This document shows, piece after piece, positions 41,994-51,782 of a DNA stretch of 54,621 bases (positions within the stretch are counted from its first letter, which is position 1; each line of letters starts with the position of its first letter). The notes below the pieces were generated by a model that was not told the DNA's origin, ran no database searches, and was given only the letters and a program-made list of their open reading frames with translations. Both the position numbers and the translations under genes were made by a program. This DNA comes from a virus (taxonomy: Duplodnaviria > Heunggongvirae > Uroviricota > Caudoviricetes): the IMG/VR virus record IMGVR_UViG_3300037455_000816; one strand, written 5' to 3'.

Positions 41994-42749
41994 TCAGGCC
42001 AAAATAGCCAGTAATTCGTCCACAAACGCCTTGTAATCCAGTGCGCCGTTGCTCTTAGGAGCATACTTCATGATGTTCTCGCTGACCATCGGGGCCTCGG
42101 CGACGCGGATATTCTTGCGTATCTTCGTCTTGAAGACAAGACTGCCAAGCTGGGAACGCAAGCCTTCCTCAATCTTCTGGGAGAGCTTGGAATTTTCCCA
42201 TCGGGTGAGAAGGATGCCAGTCACATGAGCCTCCGGATTGAGCTTCGTGCGGACAGTCTCAATGAAATCATTGATCATCGTCAGACCCTTGAAAGGCAGC
42301 ACTTCGGCCAACAGCGGAATGACAATCTCGTTGGAGGCGGTGATGGCATTGAGGGTAAGAAGGGCCAGACTGGGAGCGCAGTCAATGAGGATGAAATCAT
42401 ACTTATCCTTCAGCGGCTCAATCAGCCCGGCAAGGATCTTCTCACGGGAGATAGCGGATGACATCTCCAGCTCGGCCATAGCCAGCGCGAGCGAAGAGGG
42501 AACAAGGTCGAGATTCTTCGATATATGGATGACCGGCAGCTCCTTGGCTTTTCCCGTCAGGGCGTAATAGATACTCTCCTCGGTCTCTTCCTCCAGAAGA
42601 CTGGCGGTAAGGTTGGCCTGAGCATCCACATCAATAGCCATCACGACATAGCCCATTTCAGCAAGGATGCTGGCAACGGTGGCCGTCGTGGTGGTCTTAC
42701 CAACGCCTCCCTTATGGTTGGCGAATGAAATAATTCTTGGTTTCTTCAT
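41994..42749 (-). CDS. parA: ParA/Soj family ATPase (start revised to MKKPR)
   Basis: FANHKGGVGKTTT, IDVDAQANLT, YDFILIDCAP, IRKNIRVAEAP. Confidence 0.92.
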   Translation of the reverse strand: MKKPRIISFANHKGGVGKTTTTATVASILAEMGYVVMAIDVDAQANLTASLLEEETEESIYYALTGKAKELPVIHISKNLDLVPSSLALAMAELEMSSAISREKILAGLIEPLKDKYDFILIDCAPSLALLTLNAITASNEIVIPLLAEVLPFKGLTMINDFIETVRTKLNPEAHVTGILLTRWENSKLSQKIEEGLRSQLGSLVFKTKIRKNIRVAEAPMVSENIMKYAPKSNGALDYKAFVDELLAILA

Positions 42750-42780
42750 ATCAATAATACATTTAGTGTTTAATATACAT

Positions 42781-42987
42781 TTAATCCCCAAAACCTCCTT
42801 CACCGACAATTTCCAGCTCGTCGAGCAGGGCATTGTACTGGCGATCGGTAAGCTTATAGCCCGTGCCGCCGATGGTGTCACGGTTCGTCCAGACGTAATG
42901 AGAGCTGTCTTCGCCCGCAATAGCGGCGATATTCCGGATTGGCAGGATAGTGCCGTTCTCTGTTCTGATACATTTCATCTTTGCCAT
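42781..42987 (-). CDS. hypothetical protein
   Basis: 68 aa. Confidence 0.65.
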   Translation of the reverse strand: MAKMKCIRTENGTILPIRNIAAIAGEDSSHYVWTNRDTIGGTGYKLTDRQYNALLDELEIVGEGGFGD

Positions 42988-43008
42988 AATATAATAACGT
43001 ATTTATGT

Positions 43009-43230
43009 TCAGATTATTACAACGCCGTGCTTTTTGGTGATAGGTTCCAAATCGGAGGCATCGGCCAAAACATTCTCAATCTTAGTGGCTACACCCTTGG
43101 GTGTGATATCCATACGGGCGACCTTGATCAGGAAACGCCCGTCACTGCGGCCTGTCTCTACCACCTCGCCGCCGATGGCCTGCGAGCGGATAATGACGGC
43201 CTGACCGACCTTAATATCCTCCGGTTTCAT
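43009..43230 (-). CDS. hypothetical SH3-like small protein (start revised to MKPED)
   Basis: IKVGQAVII...GEVVE...beta-rich. Confidence 0.55.
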   Translation of the reverse strand: MKPEDIKVGQAVIIRSQAIGGEVVETGRSDGRFLIKVARMDITPKGVATKIENVLADASDLEPITKKHGVVII

Positions 43231-43528
43231 CCTCTTCCTCCTTTCTCTTGTCATAGATAGCCTGGAAGGCATTGCCCATCCAGTCGAAGAGCATCTGTCT
43301 GACCTTGCCGTTTTCCTGATCCGTCAGGAGGTCATACAACATCCCTACGGGAATACTTACAGACTGTACGACAAAACAGCGTCCGTCATCCATCTTACGG
43401 TAGAGAACGGGGTGGCGGTCAATGTCGTTTGGAACCTTATCCAGTATGGCAAAGGTCTTCAGGCGGGCAACACTTTCGTCTGCCGTCACCTTCAGAAGCA
43501 TGAAGTTATTCTTGAAAATCATTTTCAT
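43211..43528 (-). CDS. hypothetical protein
   Basis: 105 aa. Confidence 0.65.
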   Translation of the reverse strand: MKMIFKNNFMLLKVTADESVARLKTFAILDKVPNDIDRHPVLYRKMDDGRCFVVQSVSIPVGMLYDLLTDQENGKVRQMLFDWMGNAFQAIYDKRKEEEDETGGY

Positions 43529-43539
43529 AACAGTAGCAT

Positions 43540-44025
43540 TTAGAGTTTTGACGATCCGACCTTCACGGGAGAGGCGGCAATCCTGACACGCGCCCTTTTG
43601 GGCTTGGCAGGTGCCTCCGGTGCTGTCTCGGCTGGCTTATCCTCGCCCATAACCTCCTGAAGGAACTTATGGGTACGGTTACGGCGGTGGCGAAGCATCT
43701 TACGCAGGCCAGGGGAAAGCTGGGAAGGATCCTTCTTCTGTCTCAGACAACGTTTCTTGTTGTTCTTGGCCTTCTGGATGGTGTTCACCACCTTCTCAAT
43801 CACAAAGTCGGCTGTGTCAGCCTCGCGGATGAAGACCGGGTGAAGATAACGCTTCACCTGATTGAACCATTCCGGGCTGTCGCCGATATGCACCCCGATC
43901 AGGTATTTCGGGATGAAAAGCTCGATAAGGATATTCTTGGAGGTGTGCCTTGCATCCTCCTTGAACTTGATACCCTTCTCTGATAAGTAGGCTTTCAAAG
44001 CCTCCAGTTTCTCTTTGTCGTTCAT
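43540..44025 (-). CDS. hypothetical protein
   Basis: 161 aa, basic C-terminus. Confidence 0.7.
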   Translation of the reverse strand: MNDKEKLEALKAYLSEKGIKFKEDARHTSKNILIELFIPKYLIGVHIGDSPEWFNQVKRYLHPVFIREADTADFVIEKVVNTIQKAKNNKKRCLRQKKDPSQLSPGLRKMLRHRRNRTHKFLQEVMGEDKPAETAPEAPAKPKRARVRIAASPVKVGSSKL

Positions 44026-44028
44026 ATT

Positions 44029-44223
44029 CTATTCCTCCTTGATTGTTAATTCCTTCGGTGAGTTCTCCCAAGTGACTTTAGGGTAGAGGGCTTCGTCGAG
44101 GTTGCCGATCCAACCCTTGTAGAGTCCGCTCTGGCTTTCCTCGAAACAGGTCTTCTTGCGGACGGGCTTCTCCACATACACCTCCAGCGTACCGTCCTTG
44201 TTGCGGGCTATCCATATTCCCAT
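44029..44223 (-). CDS. phage-type hypothetical protein
   Basis: WIARNKDGTL...KP...YPKVTWENSP motif. Confidence 0.7.
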   Translation of the reverse strand: MGIWIARNKDGTLEVYVEKPVRKKTCFEESQSGLYKGWIGNLDEALYPKVTWENSPKELTIKEE

Positions 44224-44225
44224 AG

Positions 44226-44495
44226 TCAGCCCTCCTGAGTATCTTCGTCCTTATCAAGTAGCGTCGCCTCGAAAATCTTCTTGCCGTCGCTGTTGGTAAT
44301 CACTACGGTGTCTTCGCCGGGGTGATCCTCCACCCACTTACGGAGATAAAACTCAAAGAGTCCAATCATTTCGCCCTCCGTGATAGGACGGCGATCCTGG
44401 CTCATCGTCTGCGGCCCCTTCTTCGTGGGCTTTTTCTTCTTCGTAAGGTAGGCGTTCTGCCAACCTGTTACGATTACATAATCTTTTGCTGCCAT
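44226..44495 (-). CDS. hypothetical protein
   Basis: 89 aa. Confidence 0.7.
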   Translation of the reverse strand: MAAKDYVIVTGWQNAYLTKKKKPTKKGPQTMSQDRRPITEGEMIGLFEFYLRKWVEDHPGEDTVVITNSDGKKIFEATLLDKDEDTQEG

Positions 44496-44500
44496 AATAA

Positions 44501-45058
44501 TTATTTTTTGGTTTCTTCTTCGGTATTCTTCAGATAGACCCTACGGGCCTTGTTCTTCATCATCTCATACATATCATCGACACGCTCACGCCAGATAGGA
44601 GTATCTGTAAAGCCGGAGTCCTTCTTGAACATCTCAATCTTCTCGCGGGCAATCTTCACCATACGTTTCAGATCATTGAATGTCTCGAAGCTCAAGGATG
44701 GATCGTGCTTTTTCAGCAGATCGTTCATATCAATGACCGTCCAGTCGATGATATCACACGCCATGAAGGCGGTGGTGTAGAGGATGTGCATCATCTCAAT
44801 AGCCTCCTGCGGCAGTCCTGACTTCTTAACGTCAATCCTGCGGCCTTCGCCCTCGATGCTCTCCATATAATAGTCATAAGCCAGCTCGCGCTTACGCTGG
44901 AGCTTGTTTTCAAGCGTGATGACAGTGGCGAGCTTCAGATGACGCTTGGCATCCTCAATCTCTCGCTGGATCTGTTTCACAGACTCGTTCTGAGCGAACT
45001 TCTCCAAGAACTTTTGGTAGAGTTCAGGAGAAGCCTGGTTGATGTCGTACTTACCCAT
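44501..45058 (-). CDS. hypothetical protein
   Basis: 185 aa helical. Confidence 0.7.
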   Translation of the reverse strand: MGKYDINQASPELYQKFLEKFAQNESVKQIQREIEDAKRHLKLATVITLENKLQRKRELAYDYYMESIEGEGRRIDVKKSGLPQEAIEMMHILYTTAFMACDIIDWTVIDMNDLLKKHDPSLSFETFNDLKRMVKIAREKIEMFKKDSGFTDTPIWRERVDDMYEMMKNKARRVYLKNTEEETKK

Positions 45059-45070
45059 AGTCTTGTCGGT

Positions 45071-45226
45071 TTAAAGGGCTACAGGCTTCAGGACGGTGTC
45101 AGTCCAAGGAAAATCGGCATCGTTCCAATGCTGATCAATGACCTCGTTGACCTCCTCGCTGGCAACGCCGCGAATATAGTCCAGATAGTCATCTACTGAC
45201 AGTCCCAAGTCCTTCAATGTAGCCAT
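45071..45226 (-). CDS. small acidic protein (51 aa; not in ORF track)
   Basis: MATLKDLGLSVDDYLDYI... fills the operon gap. Confidence 0.55.
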   Translation of the reverse strand: MATLKDLGLSVDDYLDYIRGVASEEVNEVIDQHWNDADFPWTDTVLKPVAL

Positions 45227-45228
45227 AG

Positions 45229-45834
45229 TTATTCTGTTTTACTCTCTTTCTTCTTCTCGGCCTCCTTCTCTTGTGCGAGCCGTCCGGCCTCCTTGCAGTG
45301 TTCATCCAGTGCCTTGATAGTCACGGCACGGAAATTACGGTAGGTGCAGGTGTAGAAATCATCGGTGAACTTCTGACGGATGGGAATGTCAATACTCCCG
45401 TCCTCGTGGAAGGTAGGGTTTCCGACCACAAACCAATAGTTATTCTTCGCCACACGCTTCTCGATGGTGTCGATCATATCAAACTCCCTGTCAGAGTAAT
45501 GGTAGATGGGACTGTCGAAGACCTTCAGATTATCCAAATAGAGATAGCCTGTGTTTCCAAACCTGCAGATCTGGTGTGTCTCTACGCTCTCAATGAGGTC
45601 GTAACCTTCCTCATTCTTTCCGCGATACCATCCAAGCCACCACTCACGGGCATCCGTGATGGCAAATGGAACCACCAAAGCCCCTTCGGGAACAGGCTCG
45701 CCAATGGCCATCTTCCAATTACCGTCCTTCTTCGAGGTAAAATCATGCTCCTTACGGAGATACTTAAACAGAAGATGGCTCATGAGCTGGCTCATGGCTC
45801 TTCTGTAGGTGTCTTGTTGTTTGTCTTTTGCCAT
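45229..45834 (-). CDS. hypothetical protein (start revised to MAKDK)
   Basis: 201 aa. Confidence 0.7.
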   Translation of the reverse strand: MAKDKQQDTYRRAMSQLMSHLLFKYLRKEHDFTSKKDGNWKMAIGEPVPEGALVVPFAITDAREWWLGWYRGKNEEGYDLIESVETHQICRFGNTGYLYLDNLKVFDSPIYHYSDREFDMIDTIEKRVAKNNYWFVVGNPTFHEDGSIDIPIRQKFTDDFYTCTYRNFRAVTIKALDEHCKEAGRLAQEKEAEKKKESKTE

Positions 45835-45854
45835 ATATATAATATAAATAGGTG

Positions 45855-46730
45855 TTACTTCAATCCATAGCACTTTTCACATTGCTGCTCCAGTGCGTCG
45901 TAGTCAAAATCAGGGTTAAACTGCTTCAACTCGTGGCGCAGCTTACGGATAATCATGCGGTCGATGTTCTGATCACGGCAGACCTCGTAGTATTTCGTCT
46001 GGTAGTCTTCGGCGTTTTTCATTCTCGCCTCCATCTGCTTATAGGTCATTTCCTGACCCCGTGATTCCAGCTCCTCGCGCATCTGCTGGCGAACGACCTC
46101 CAACTCCTTCTGAGCCTCACGTCTCAGACGACGGTCTGTCTGCCAGTTGAAATAGAACTTCTGGGCAAGGTCAAACTCGTGATCCTTGTATTTCTGCTTA
46201 TGCAGCACCGGTGCCTGCTTGGGTATGGTGTAGGCTGACCTTACATTCCGGTATTCCTTCTTTATCCAGATGAGACCTGCATATTCTGGAACCTCTTCGG
46301 GCTGGATCAGCCCTTCGGGAACGGCGTAATAGAAATAGTTTGGCCTGCGGTGGTTGACAATCAGATATCTGCTGTCTTTCTCAGCCCGTGCCACATAGTC
46401 CTCGAAGCTCTTGTAGAGGTGCTTGTTATACTGGTAGTTCTCATAGAAATACGGCATAAACCGCTCTTCCTCGGTAGGGCCTTTCAAGATAAGATGCTTC
46501 TCTTTCTTATTCTTGAAGTCATTCTTGAAGTCGGCACGGCTGATCTTAATCTCAAACTCGTAGATATAGCCGCTTTTAGTCCAGATGAGCTTGTCGCTTT
46601 CCCACTCGAAAACATACAGTCCATCGACATTGTATTTCCAAGAGGCAAAGAAATGGTTGAGCCGCCGCTGGATAGACTGCTCCGTCAGCGGTTCACTCAA
46701 CATCTTCGTGCTTACACTCATTCTACCCAT
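45855..46730 (-). CDS. MmcB-like PD-(D/E)XK nuclease-fold protein
   Basis: ESDKL...YEFEIKISRADFKNDF...PNYFYYAVPEGLI..EEVPEYAGLI. Confidence 0.7.
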   Translation of the reverse strand: MGRMSVSTKMLSEPLTEQSIQRRLNHFFASWKYNVDGLYVFEWESDKLIWTKSGYIYEFEIKISRADFKNDFKNKKEKHLILKGPTEEERFMPYFYENYQYNKHLYKSFEDYVARAEKDSRYLIVNHRRPNYFYYAVPEGLIQPEEVPEYAGLIWIKKEYRNVRSAYTIPKQAPVLHKQKYKDHEFDLAQKFYFNWQTDRRLRREAQKELEVVRQQMREELESRGQEMTYKQMEARMKNAEDYQTKYYEVCRDQNIDRMIIRKLRHELKQFNPDFDYDALEQQCEKCYGLK

Positions 46731-46742
46731 AGCTATAGTATA

Positions 46743-47333
46743 TTATTCCTCTTTAGTCTCTTCGGCAGGTATTTCCTGCTGCTGATCCTTCTCGTGGAGT
46801 TGTTTCATCATCTTCACATACCAAACATTGCTGATATCATCATCGGTGATCTCCTTCAGCTGTTCCTCGCTTTCGATTTCTCCCCACCATGATTCACAGC
46901 CCCAGATGATTTTCCTGAGTTCAGGAACGAAGATTGCAGGGTTATTGAAGGTTCCTACTTTGAGGATTCCTTTCTCCTCATTGAAACTGATGGTATTCTG
47001 AAGAGGCAGGTCACCAAGATAGAAACCCAGATAGGTCTTGTCACCATATTCCTTACCGCACGGGCGTATCTTTACAAGACATCCCTGCTGGTGACCAAGG
47101 CCCCGGAAGTCAATCGGTCGGTCTTCGATCTCATTGACGGTGATAGGAAACTCGATATACCGTGACTTGAAATGCTCGCATTTCTCGCAACGGGCTTCAT
47201 CCGTTGGCTCCCATTCCTTTTTCTCCTCTTCCTGGCGGGCGCACTTGTGCTTCACATTCTCGTTGGTAGAGTTCTTCCAGTCGAGGTGAGAGAAACGGCA
47301 GCGGTCAATCTTCTTTTTCTTATCTTCACTCAT
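46743..47333 (-). CDS. hypothetical protein
   Basis: Cys motifs; NNPAIFVPELRKIIWGCESWWG. Confidence 0.7.
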   Translation of the reverse strand: MSEDKKKKIDRCRFSHLDWKNSTNENVKHKCARQEEEKKEWEPTDEARCEKCEHFKSRYIEFPITVNEIEDRPIDFRGLGHQQGCLVKIRPCGKEYGDKTYLGFYLGDLPLQNTISFNEEKGILKVGTFNNPAIFVPELRKIIWGCESWWGEIESEEQLKEITDDDISNVWYVKMMKQLHEKDQQQEIPAEETKEE

Positions 47334-47337
47334 ATTC

Positions 47338-47769
47338 TTATAATGTTATGTTCAGTCTGATCTTAAAGGCTTTCAAAGCCTGCTGGAGTTCGTGGATGTT
47401 ATAGACCGTAAGGTCATAAAGCATCCACCGGAAACCGTGAGCGGATGTAGTGACAGGAATATTGATAGACAGGTGATAGTCGGTCACACCATATATCTCA
47501 ATCATCGTACTGCCAACGTCCATACGCCAAGAGGTACATCCTTTTTCCGTCACCTTGAAGCCGTTCTTTTCAAGCATGGGCTTGGTGATGGGGATGGGGT
47601 GGACGATACGGTAAAGCGGACTGTCTTCTTTGACAAGTCCGTTTTCCTGACGTTCAAGGAGCTTCAGGATGTCGGCAGTCACCTGCACAGACTCCGGCTT
47701 GTGCGACGGGTGATGAATCGTGATCCAGTTGCCGATCATCAAATCCTCGGAAGTAAGGTTCCATCCCAT
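47338..47769 (-). CDS. Bacteroidota phage-type protein, paralog of 41047-41463
   Basis: DLMIGNWI...PIPITKPMLEKNGF...YNIHELQQAL. Confidence 0.7.
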   Translation of the reverse strand: MGWNLTSEDLMIGNWITIHHPSHKPESVQVTADILKLLERQENGLVKEDSPLYRIVHPIPITKPMLEKNGFKVTEKGCTSWRMDVGSTMIEIYGVTDYHLSINIPVTTSAHGFRWMLYDLTVYNIHELQQALKAFKIRLNITL

Positions 47770-47790
47770 ATCTTTACTGTTTTGATAATT

Positions 47791-48192
47791 TTATACCTTC
47801 TCTTCTTCCTTTGGTGGAAAAAGATCCTTCTGTAAAGCCCACTTGCTGGTGGAACTGAGATAGAGACGCAGATGTGCGTAAGTGGCGGTGTAGAAACCGG
47901 AATCGTTATACTGTCCGAAGCCCACAATCTTATTATTGTGGTCGGCGACAACAATATCATCGCCACTGGCGGGCATTTCATCCGATGCGTTATGCCACAC
48001 GTCAGGCTGATGGCGCAGTCCCTCTACGAAACCTCTGTCATGGGCTTCTTCGAGGTCATAGCCGTCGAAACGGGTGAGCGTCATACGGCGGTGCATATCG
48101 CAAGCCGGATATTCGTTACGCTCATTCACCCTGTTCTCCGCATACTTGCGGGAAAGTTCATCCTTCACTTCGTTGATAGTCTTATTTTCCAT
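47791..48192 (-). CDS. hypothetical protein (DUF551-like C-terminus)
   Basis: VWHNASDEMP...DIVV. Confidence 0.65.
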   Translation of the reverse strand: MENKTINEVKDELSRKYAENRVNERNEYPACDMHRRMTLTRFDGYDLEEAHDRGFVEGLRHQPDVWHNASDEMPASGDDIVVADHNNKIVGFGQYNDSGFYTATYAHLRLYLSSTSKWALQKDLFPPKEEEKV

Positions 48193-48206
48193 AAATGTAT
48201 TGGTTA

Positions 48207-48590
48207 TTATTTCTTTTTCCTGTTACTGAATCTCATGCGTAGCTTCATCTGTTCGCGCTGGTCACGTCGCTGCTGACGACGCGGATCATCGACAGGGTAG
48301 ATTGGCGGTAATTTTGCTTCTTCCAGTCCTCTGCTGATGACGTGTGCGGGTGGCAGGTCTTCGAGAAAGGCTTCCGCATTGATATGCTCTGCCAGTTTCT
48401 CCCTCAAAGTCTTCTCCATGTCAGCATGGGATTCCTTGATGACTTTGAGACCTGCTTCCTGGGCGCATCTGAAGATGAAGTCTATCTGCTCCGTAGTCTT
48501 ACCATCGGTGATGATGACAATACGGGTGTCGGGCTTCTCTGCGGCGATCTTTGCAATACTCGCCTTGACCTGCTCCTTATAGTCTTCCAT
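48207..48590 (-). CDS. hypothetical protein
   Basis: 127 aa. Confidence 0.7.
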   Translation of the reverse strand: MEDYKEQVKASIAKIAAEKPDTRIVIITDGKTTEQIDFIFRCAQEAGLKVIKESHADMEKTLREKLAEHINAEAFLEDLPPAHVISRGLEEAKLPPIYPVDDPRRQQRRDQREQMKLRMRFSNRKKK

Positions 48591-48592
48591 CG

Positions 48593-49294
48593 TTACAGCT
48601 GATTATGTTCTTTAAGCAGTCTCTCGCAGATAACAAGTACCTGCTCGACCTTATTCAGATCGAGCCATTCCTCCGTGCGTACACGGGTTTCCATGTCTAT
48701 CCAGAACTTTTCCTTGGAATCGTATTCAAGGAGTGTGCGCAGCTTTCCCTCTACATTGTCGGGGCCGATACCTCCGGCATAACCGATATGTGCGCCGGGA
48801 GAGGTGAGAATCTGGATGGGGGTGTCAATACCTGCACCACCAGAAGCATCCAGAAGGAAAGAGAGGTGTTTGGGACGCTCACCCGCCAGGAACTGCTCGC
48901 ACAGCTCCGGAGTGTGCATCTGTACGATGACCTCGTTGATATACGGGATGGGCGACAGCTTTCTCAGATTGGAGAAAAGGCCGTTTGCCCGAAGGTTGAG
49001 CTGGCAGCGACGGAACAGTCTGATATGCGAGCTTAACTGCTCCAGAACCTTGAAGCGTTTGCCGATGGCAAGGTCTATCGCGGCCTGTCCGCAGAAATGC
49101 GCTGAGAGGTTGAGACCTTGCTTCTCCAATCGGGCAAGGATTTCCGGGTTAGGGAACCGCTGGCCGTTTTCCTTCCAGTCGTAGGACAGCAGGACTCCGA
49201 ACTCTGCAAAAGGATATTTCTTCTGCAACTGCTTGACGCGCTTCAAGTCCGTGCGCTCGTCAATGCCTGTGAATGTTACCTTGGTAAGTATCAT
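48593..49294 (-). CDS. phage-type TrpF/PRAI-like TIM-barrel protein
   Basis: TFTGIDE, EFGVL, LSAHFCG, LLDASGGAG, GYAGGIGPDNV, WIDMETRVR. Confidence 0.7.
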   Translation of the reverse strand: MILTKVTFTGIDERTDLKRVKQLQKKYPFAEFGVLLSYDWKENGQRFPNPEILARLEKQGLNLSAHFCGQAAIDLAIGKRFKVLEQLSSHIRLFRRCQLNLRANGLFSNLRKLSPIPYINEVIVQMHTPELCEQFLAGERPKHLSFLLDASGGAGIDTPIQILTSPGAHIGYAGGIGPDNVEGKLRTLLEYDSKEKFWIDMETRVRTEEWLDLNKVEQVLVICERLLKEHNQL

Positions 49295-49306
49295 AATCGT
49301 CAGTAA

Positions 49307-49663
49307 TTAAAGATCAATCTCCTTTGTTTCAAATTCCAGATAGTCATCGCCAATCTCCTTGATGGTGATGCCCTTGCAGTAAGGTGACTTGTCCTGGTCA
49401 GACATCTTCACCTGATAATCGTTACCCTCGTGGGCGATATGCCCGTAAGGCTCCATGCGGTCGCCGTCGCCTCCCGACTGGAGATACATACCGGCCACAT
49501 CCTCCACAAGCGCCTCTATCGCGGGCTTGTCTTCGTCGTACTCTACTTCGTGGAAGCTGCTGGAGATTCCATTAGCCAGTTCTTCGTTGAAAATCTCGTC
49601 ATCAACCACCATCTCGTAGGTAGCGGTGAGGGTTACATCTACTTTGAATCTTCTCTTTGCCAT
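49307..49663 (-). CDS. acidic hypothetical protein
   Basis: 118 aa, first gene of the leftward operon. Confidence 0.7.
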   Translation of the reverse strand: MAKRRFKVDVTLTATYEMVVDDEIFNEELANGISSSFHEVEYDEDKPAIEALVEDVAGMYLQSGGDGDRMEPYGHIAHEGNDYQVKMSDQDKSPYCKGITIKEIGDDYLEFETKEIDL

Positions 49664-49903
49664 ATTAATATATTTTTTTTTGTTATATATGTCCGCGAGC
49701 GTACATTTTTTAATATATAGTTAATGTAACTTTTCTAAATTGTTTTCTTTTCAGATGTATAAGGGGTGTCAATGGTCTTGTTCGCCATGCGGATTGATGA
49801 TCTGGTGTTAGCCACTTCGGGGTATGCCCCGAACCCCTCTCGCCTTACGGCAATTTTTCTATTTTCGTATATCCGTATATATAATCAGATGTATTTTCGC
49901 TTG

Positions 49904-49981
49904 CAAAGATATATAAAAATATGGAAATACAAAAATATTTTGGGAAAAATTTGGTGGTTTCGAGAAAAATTTGTAATTTTG
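49904..49981. promoter_or_regulatory. back-to-back Bacteroidota promoters
   Basis: Minus: TATCTTTG 49904-49911 with TTTG 49930-49933; plus: TTTG 49950-49953, N20, TAATTTTG 49974-49981. Confidence 0.65.
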
Positions 49982-50155
49982 CAGCAGAAAAGAGCGTGTA
50001 TAAGGCCGTTTTTGAGTCAATTTGCGCGAAAGTTAAACAATAGGGTTTTCCCTACCATAGAATAGGGTTTTTCCCTTGATATAGTGCAGAAAAATGAGTA
50101 TATTTGCAGTAGAAAACAAGAGATAAAATATATAATTAATTTAAAGGATTTGAAT

Positions 50156-50866
50156 ATGAAAAAGTTAGTTTTGAATATCGTGATGTTGCTGGCAGCCGTT
50201 AGCGGTTATGCACAGGTGACAGTCCAGGAGCCGGAGTTTATCAACAGCTACTGCATCCTGACAAGTGAATCGACGTATGATGTGTTGCCGAAGGAGAACG
50301 GTGACATCCAGAAGCACCAGAACAAGGTGAGCAAGTTCGCCAAGATCGCGGGAGCCGCTTCCCGGATCGGTGGAGCCGCTGGTATGCTCGGCGTGGCATC
50401 GGCAGGATCCGTTTCGGGAGTGATGACGGGTGTGCGCGTGATGGGAACCGCCTCCAGCATCGGCAGTGTGGCAAGTGCGGCAGACGTGCTGGCTGGTGTG
50501 GAAGGAATGGATATCGTGTTTGACGGTGGAAGTTCTTCTTATCAGGTGAAGACATCTGGAGATATAAGGCTTCTGATCAAGGGTGAGAATAACGAGGCTG
50601 ATCCGATGGAGATGTACCGCATCGTCCGCTTTGTGAAGTCGAAGAAGGATAGGCGCATCCAGTGGACGCAGTTTGAACCGGCACTGTTAGGCAGCGAGAA
50701 AGCACAGAAGGCGGGCTATGTGGCCTTTGAGGGTCATAAGTACGGGGATCAGTCCTACCTGCTGACCATCCCGGCCTCTGAGGTGAAGAGCGGCGAATAC
50801 GGTATCTTTTATATGAGTATTATCAGTGCCTCTTTGATTCCCGTTGGCACGTTTAGCGTGAAGTGA
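50156..50866 (+). CDS. secreted protein with Gly/Ala-rich amphipathic segment (start revised to MKKLV)
   Basis: Signal peptide MKKLVLNIVMLLAAVSGYA-Q. Confidence 0.75.
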   Translation: MKKLVLNIVMLLAAVSGYAQVTVQEPEFINSYCILTSESTYDVLPKENGDIQKHQNKVSKFAKIAGAASRIGGAAGMLGVASAGSVSGVMTGVRVMGTASSIGSVASAADVLAGVEGMDIVFDGGSSSYQVKTSGDIRLLIKGENNEADPMEMYRIVRFVKSKKDRRIQWTQFEPALLGSEKAQKAGYVAFEGHKYGDQSYLLTIPASEVKSGEYGIFYMSIISASLIPVGTFSVK

Positions 50867-51098
50867 ACTATAATCTCTCAATAACATTAAAAAAGTGTAA
50901 GTTATGTATTATCTAAAGTATCATTTAATTCAATTACGACTATGACTATTCTGTTTTATCTTTTCATGGCGATTCTGGGTAAGGCTACCCTGACTGGCTG
51001 GGCACACGACGCGGACACCTACCGCCGTGACCGTTAAAGAGGTCTTGAACCTTGTGCAATTCGGTAGAAAGTTTATAACCAATTAAATATAGGCGCAT

Positions 51099-51599
51099 AT
51101 GAAGACGTTTATGAAATGGCCGATTCTGCTTTTGATGGCCGTAGTGACAATGTGTTTCTTTACTGCCTGTGGTGGTGATGACAAGGATGATGATCCGAAG
51201 TACGAGAAGACCGAGGTAGGTATTCATCGTATCACGGTGGAGTTTGGCGAGAATATTGCCGGACTGGATGCAGACATCTGGGTTACAGCCGTAGAGGGAG
51301 TGGATGGATATAGTGACATCTTTATGGATGGCGTGAAGGTCAACGAAATGCCAGGCGCATGGAGTAATGCCGACGAGAGTCCGAAGATTCAGAACTATGA
51401 CCTGACCTCTTCTGCTGACTGTAACCTGATGACTGCAACGATTTCCTTATATGGTAAATATGTGGAAGATGTTGTTACCGTCACCTTAAAAGGCTATGTG
51501 AACGGTGTGCAGAAGAATATGAAGGTAATCGAATATAAACCCGGTGAGAGCCGTAAGACGATTTCCTTTGCTGCTGACGGTATAGATTTTGAATATTGA
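51099..51599 (+). CDS. lipoprotein
   Basis: Lipobox FTA-C followed by the Bacteroidota acidic export signal GGDDKDDD. Confidence 0.8.
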   Translation: MKTFMKWPILLLMAVVTMCFFTACGGDDKDDDPKYEKTEVGIHRITVEFGENIAGLDADIWVTAVEGVDGYSDIFMDGVKVNEMPGAWSNADESPKIQNYDLTSSADCNLMTATISLYGKYVEDVVTVTLKGYVNGVQKNMKVIEYKPGESRKTISFAADGIDFEY

Positions 51600-51602
51600 C
51601 GG

Positions 51603-51782
51603 ATGCCCGTACCTGTTATTAATAACGCGGTGGCTCTTACTCTGGAGAACTTTCAAGGTTCATGGGAGAATATGGAGCGTTTCTGCCTGTCTTTACAGCG
51701 CAGACAAAAGTCGTTTATAGACTGTAACCGTAGGTTGATGAAGGCTGGTAAGATTGATTTTGACGAATACGAAGAGATATGA
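51603..51782 (+). CDS. small hypothetical protein (59 aa; not in ORF track)
   Basis: ATGA overlap with the next gene. Confidence 0.55.
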   Translation: MPVPVINNAVALTLENFQGSWENMERFCLSLQRRQKSFIDCNRRLMKAGKIDFDEYEEI

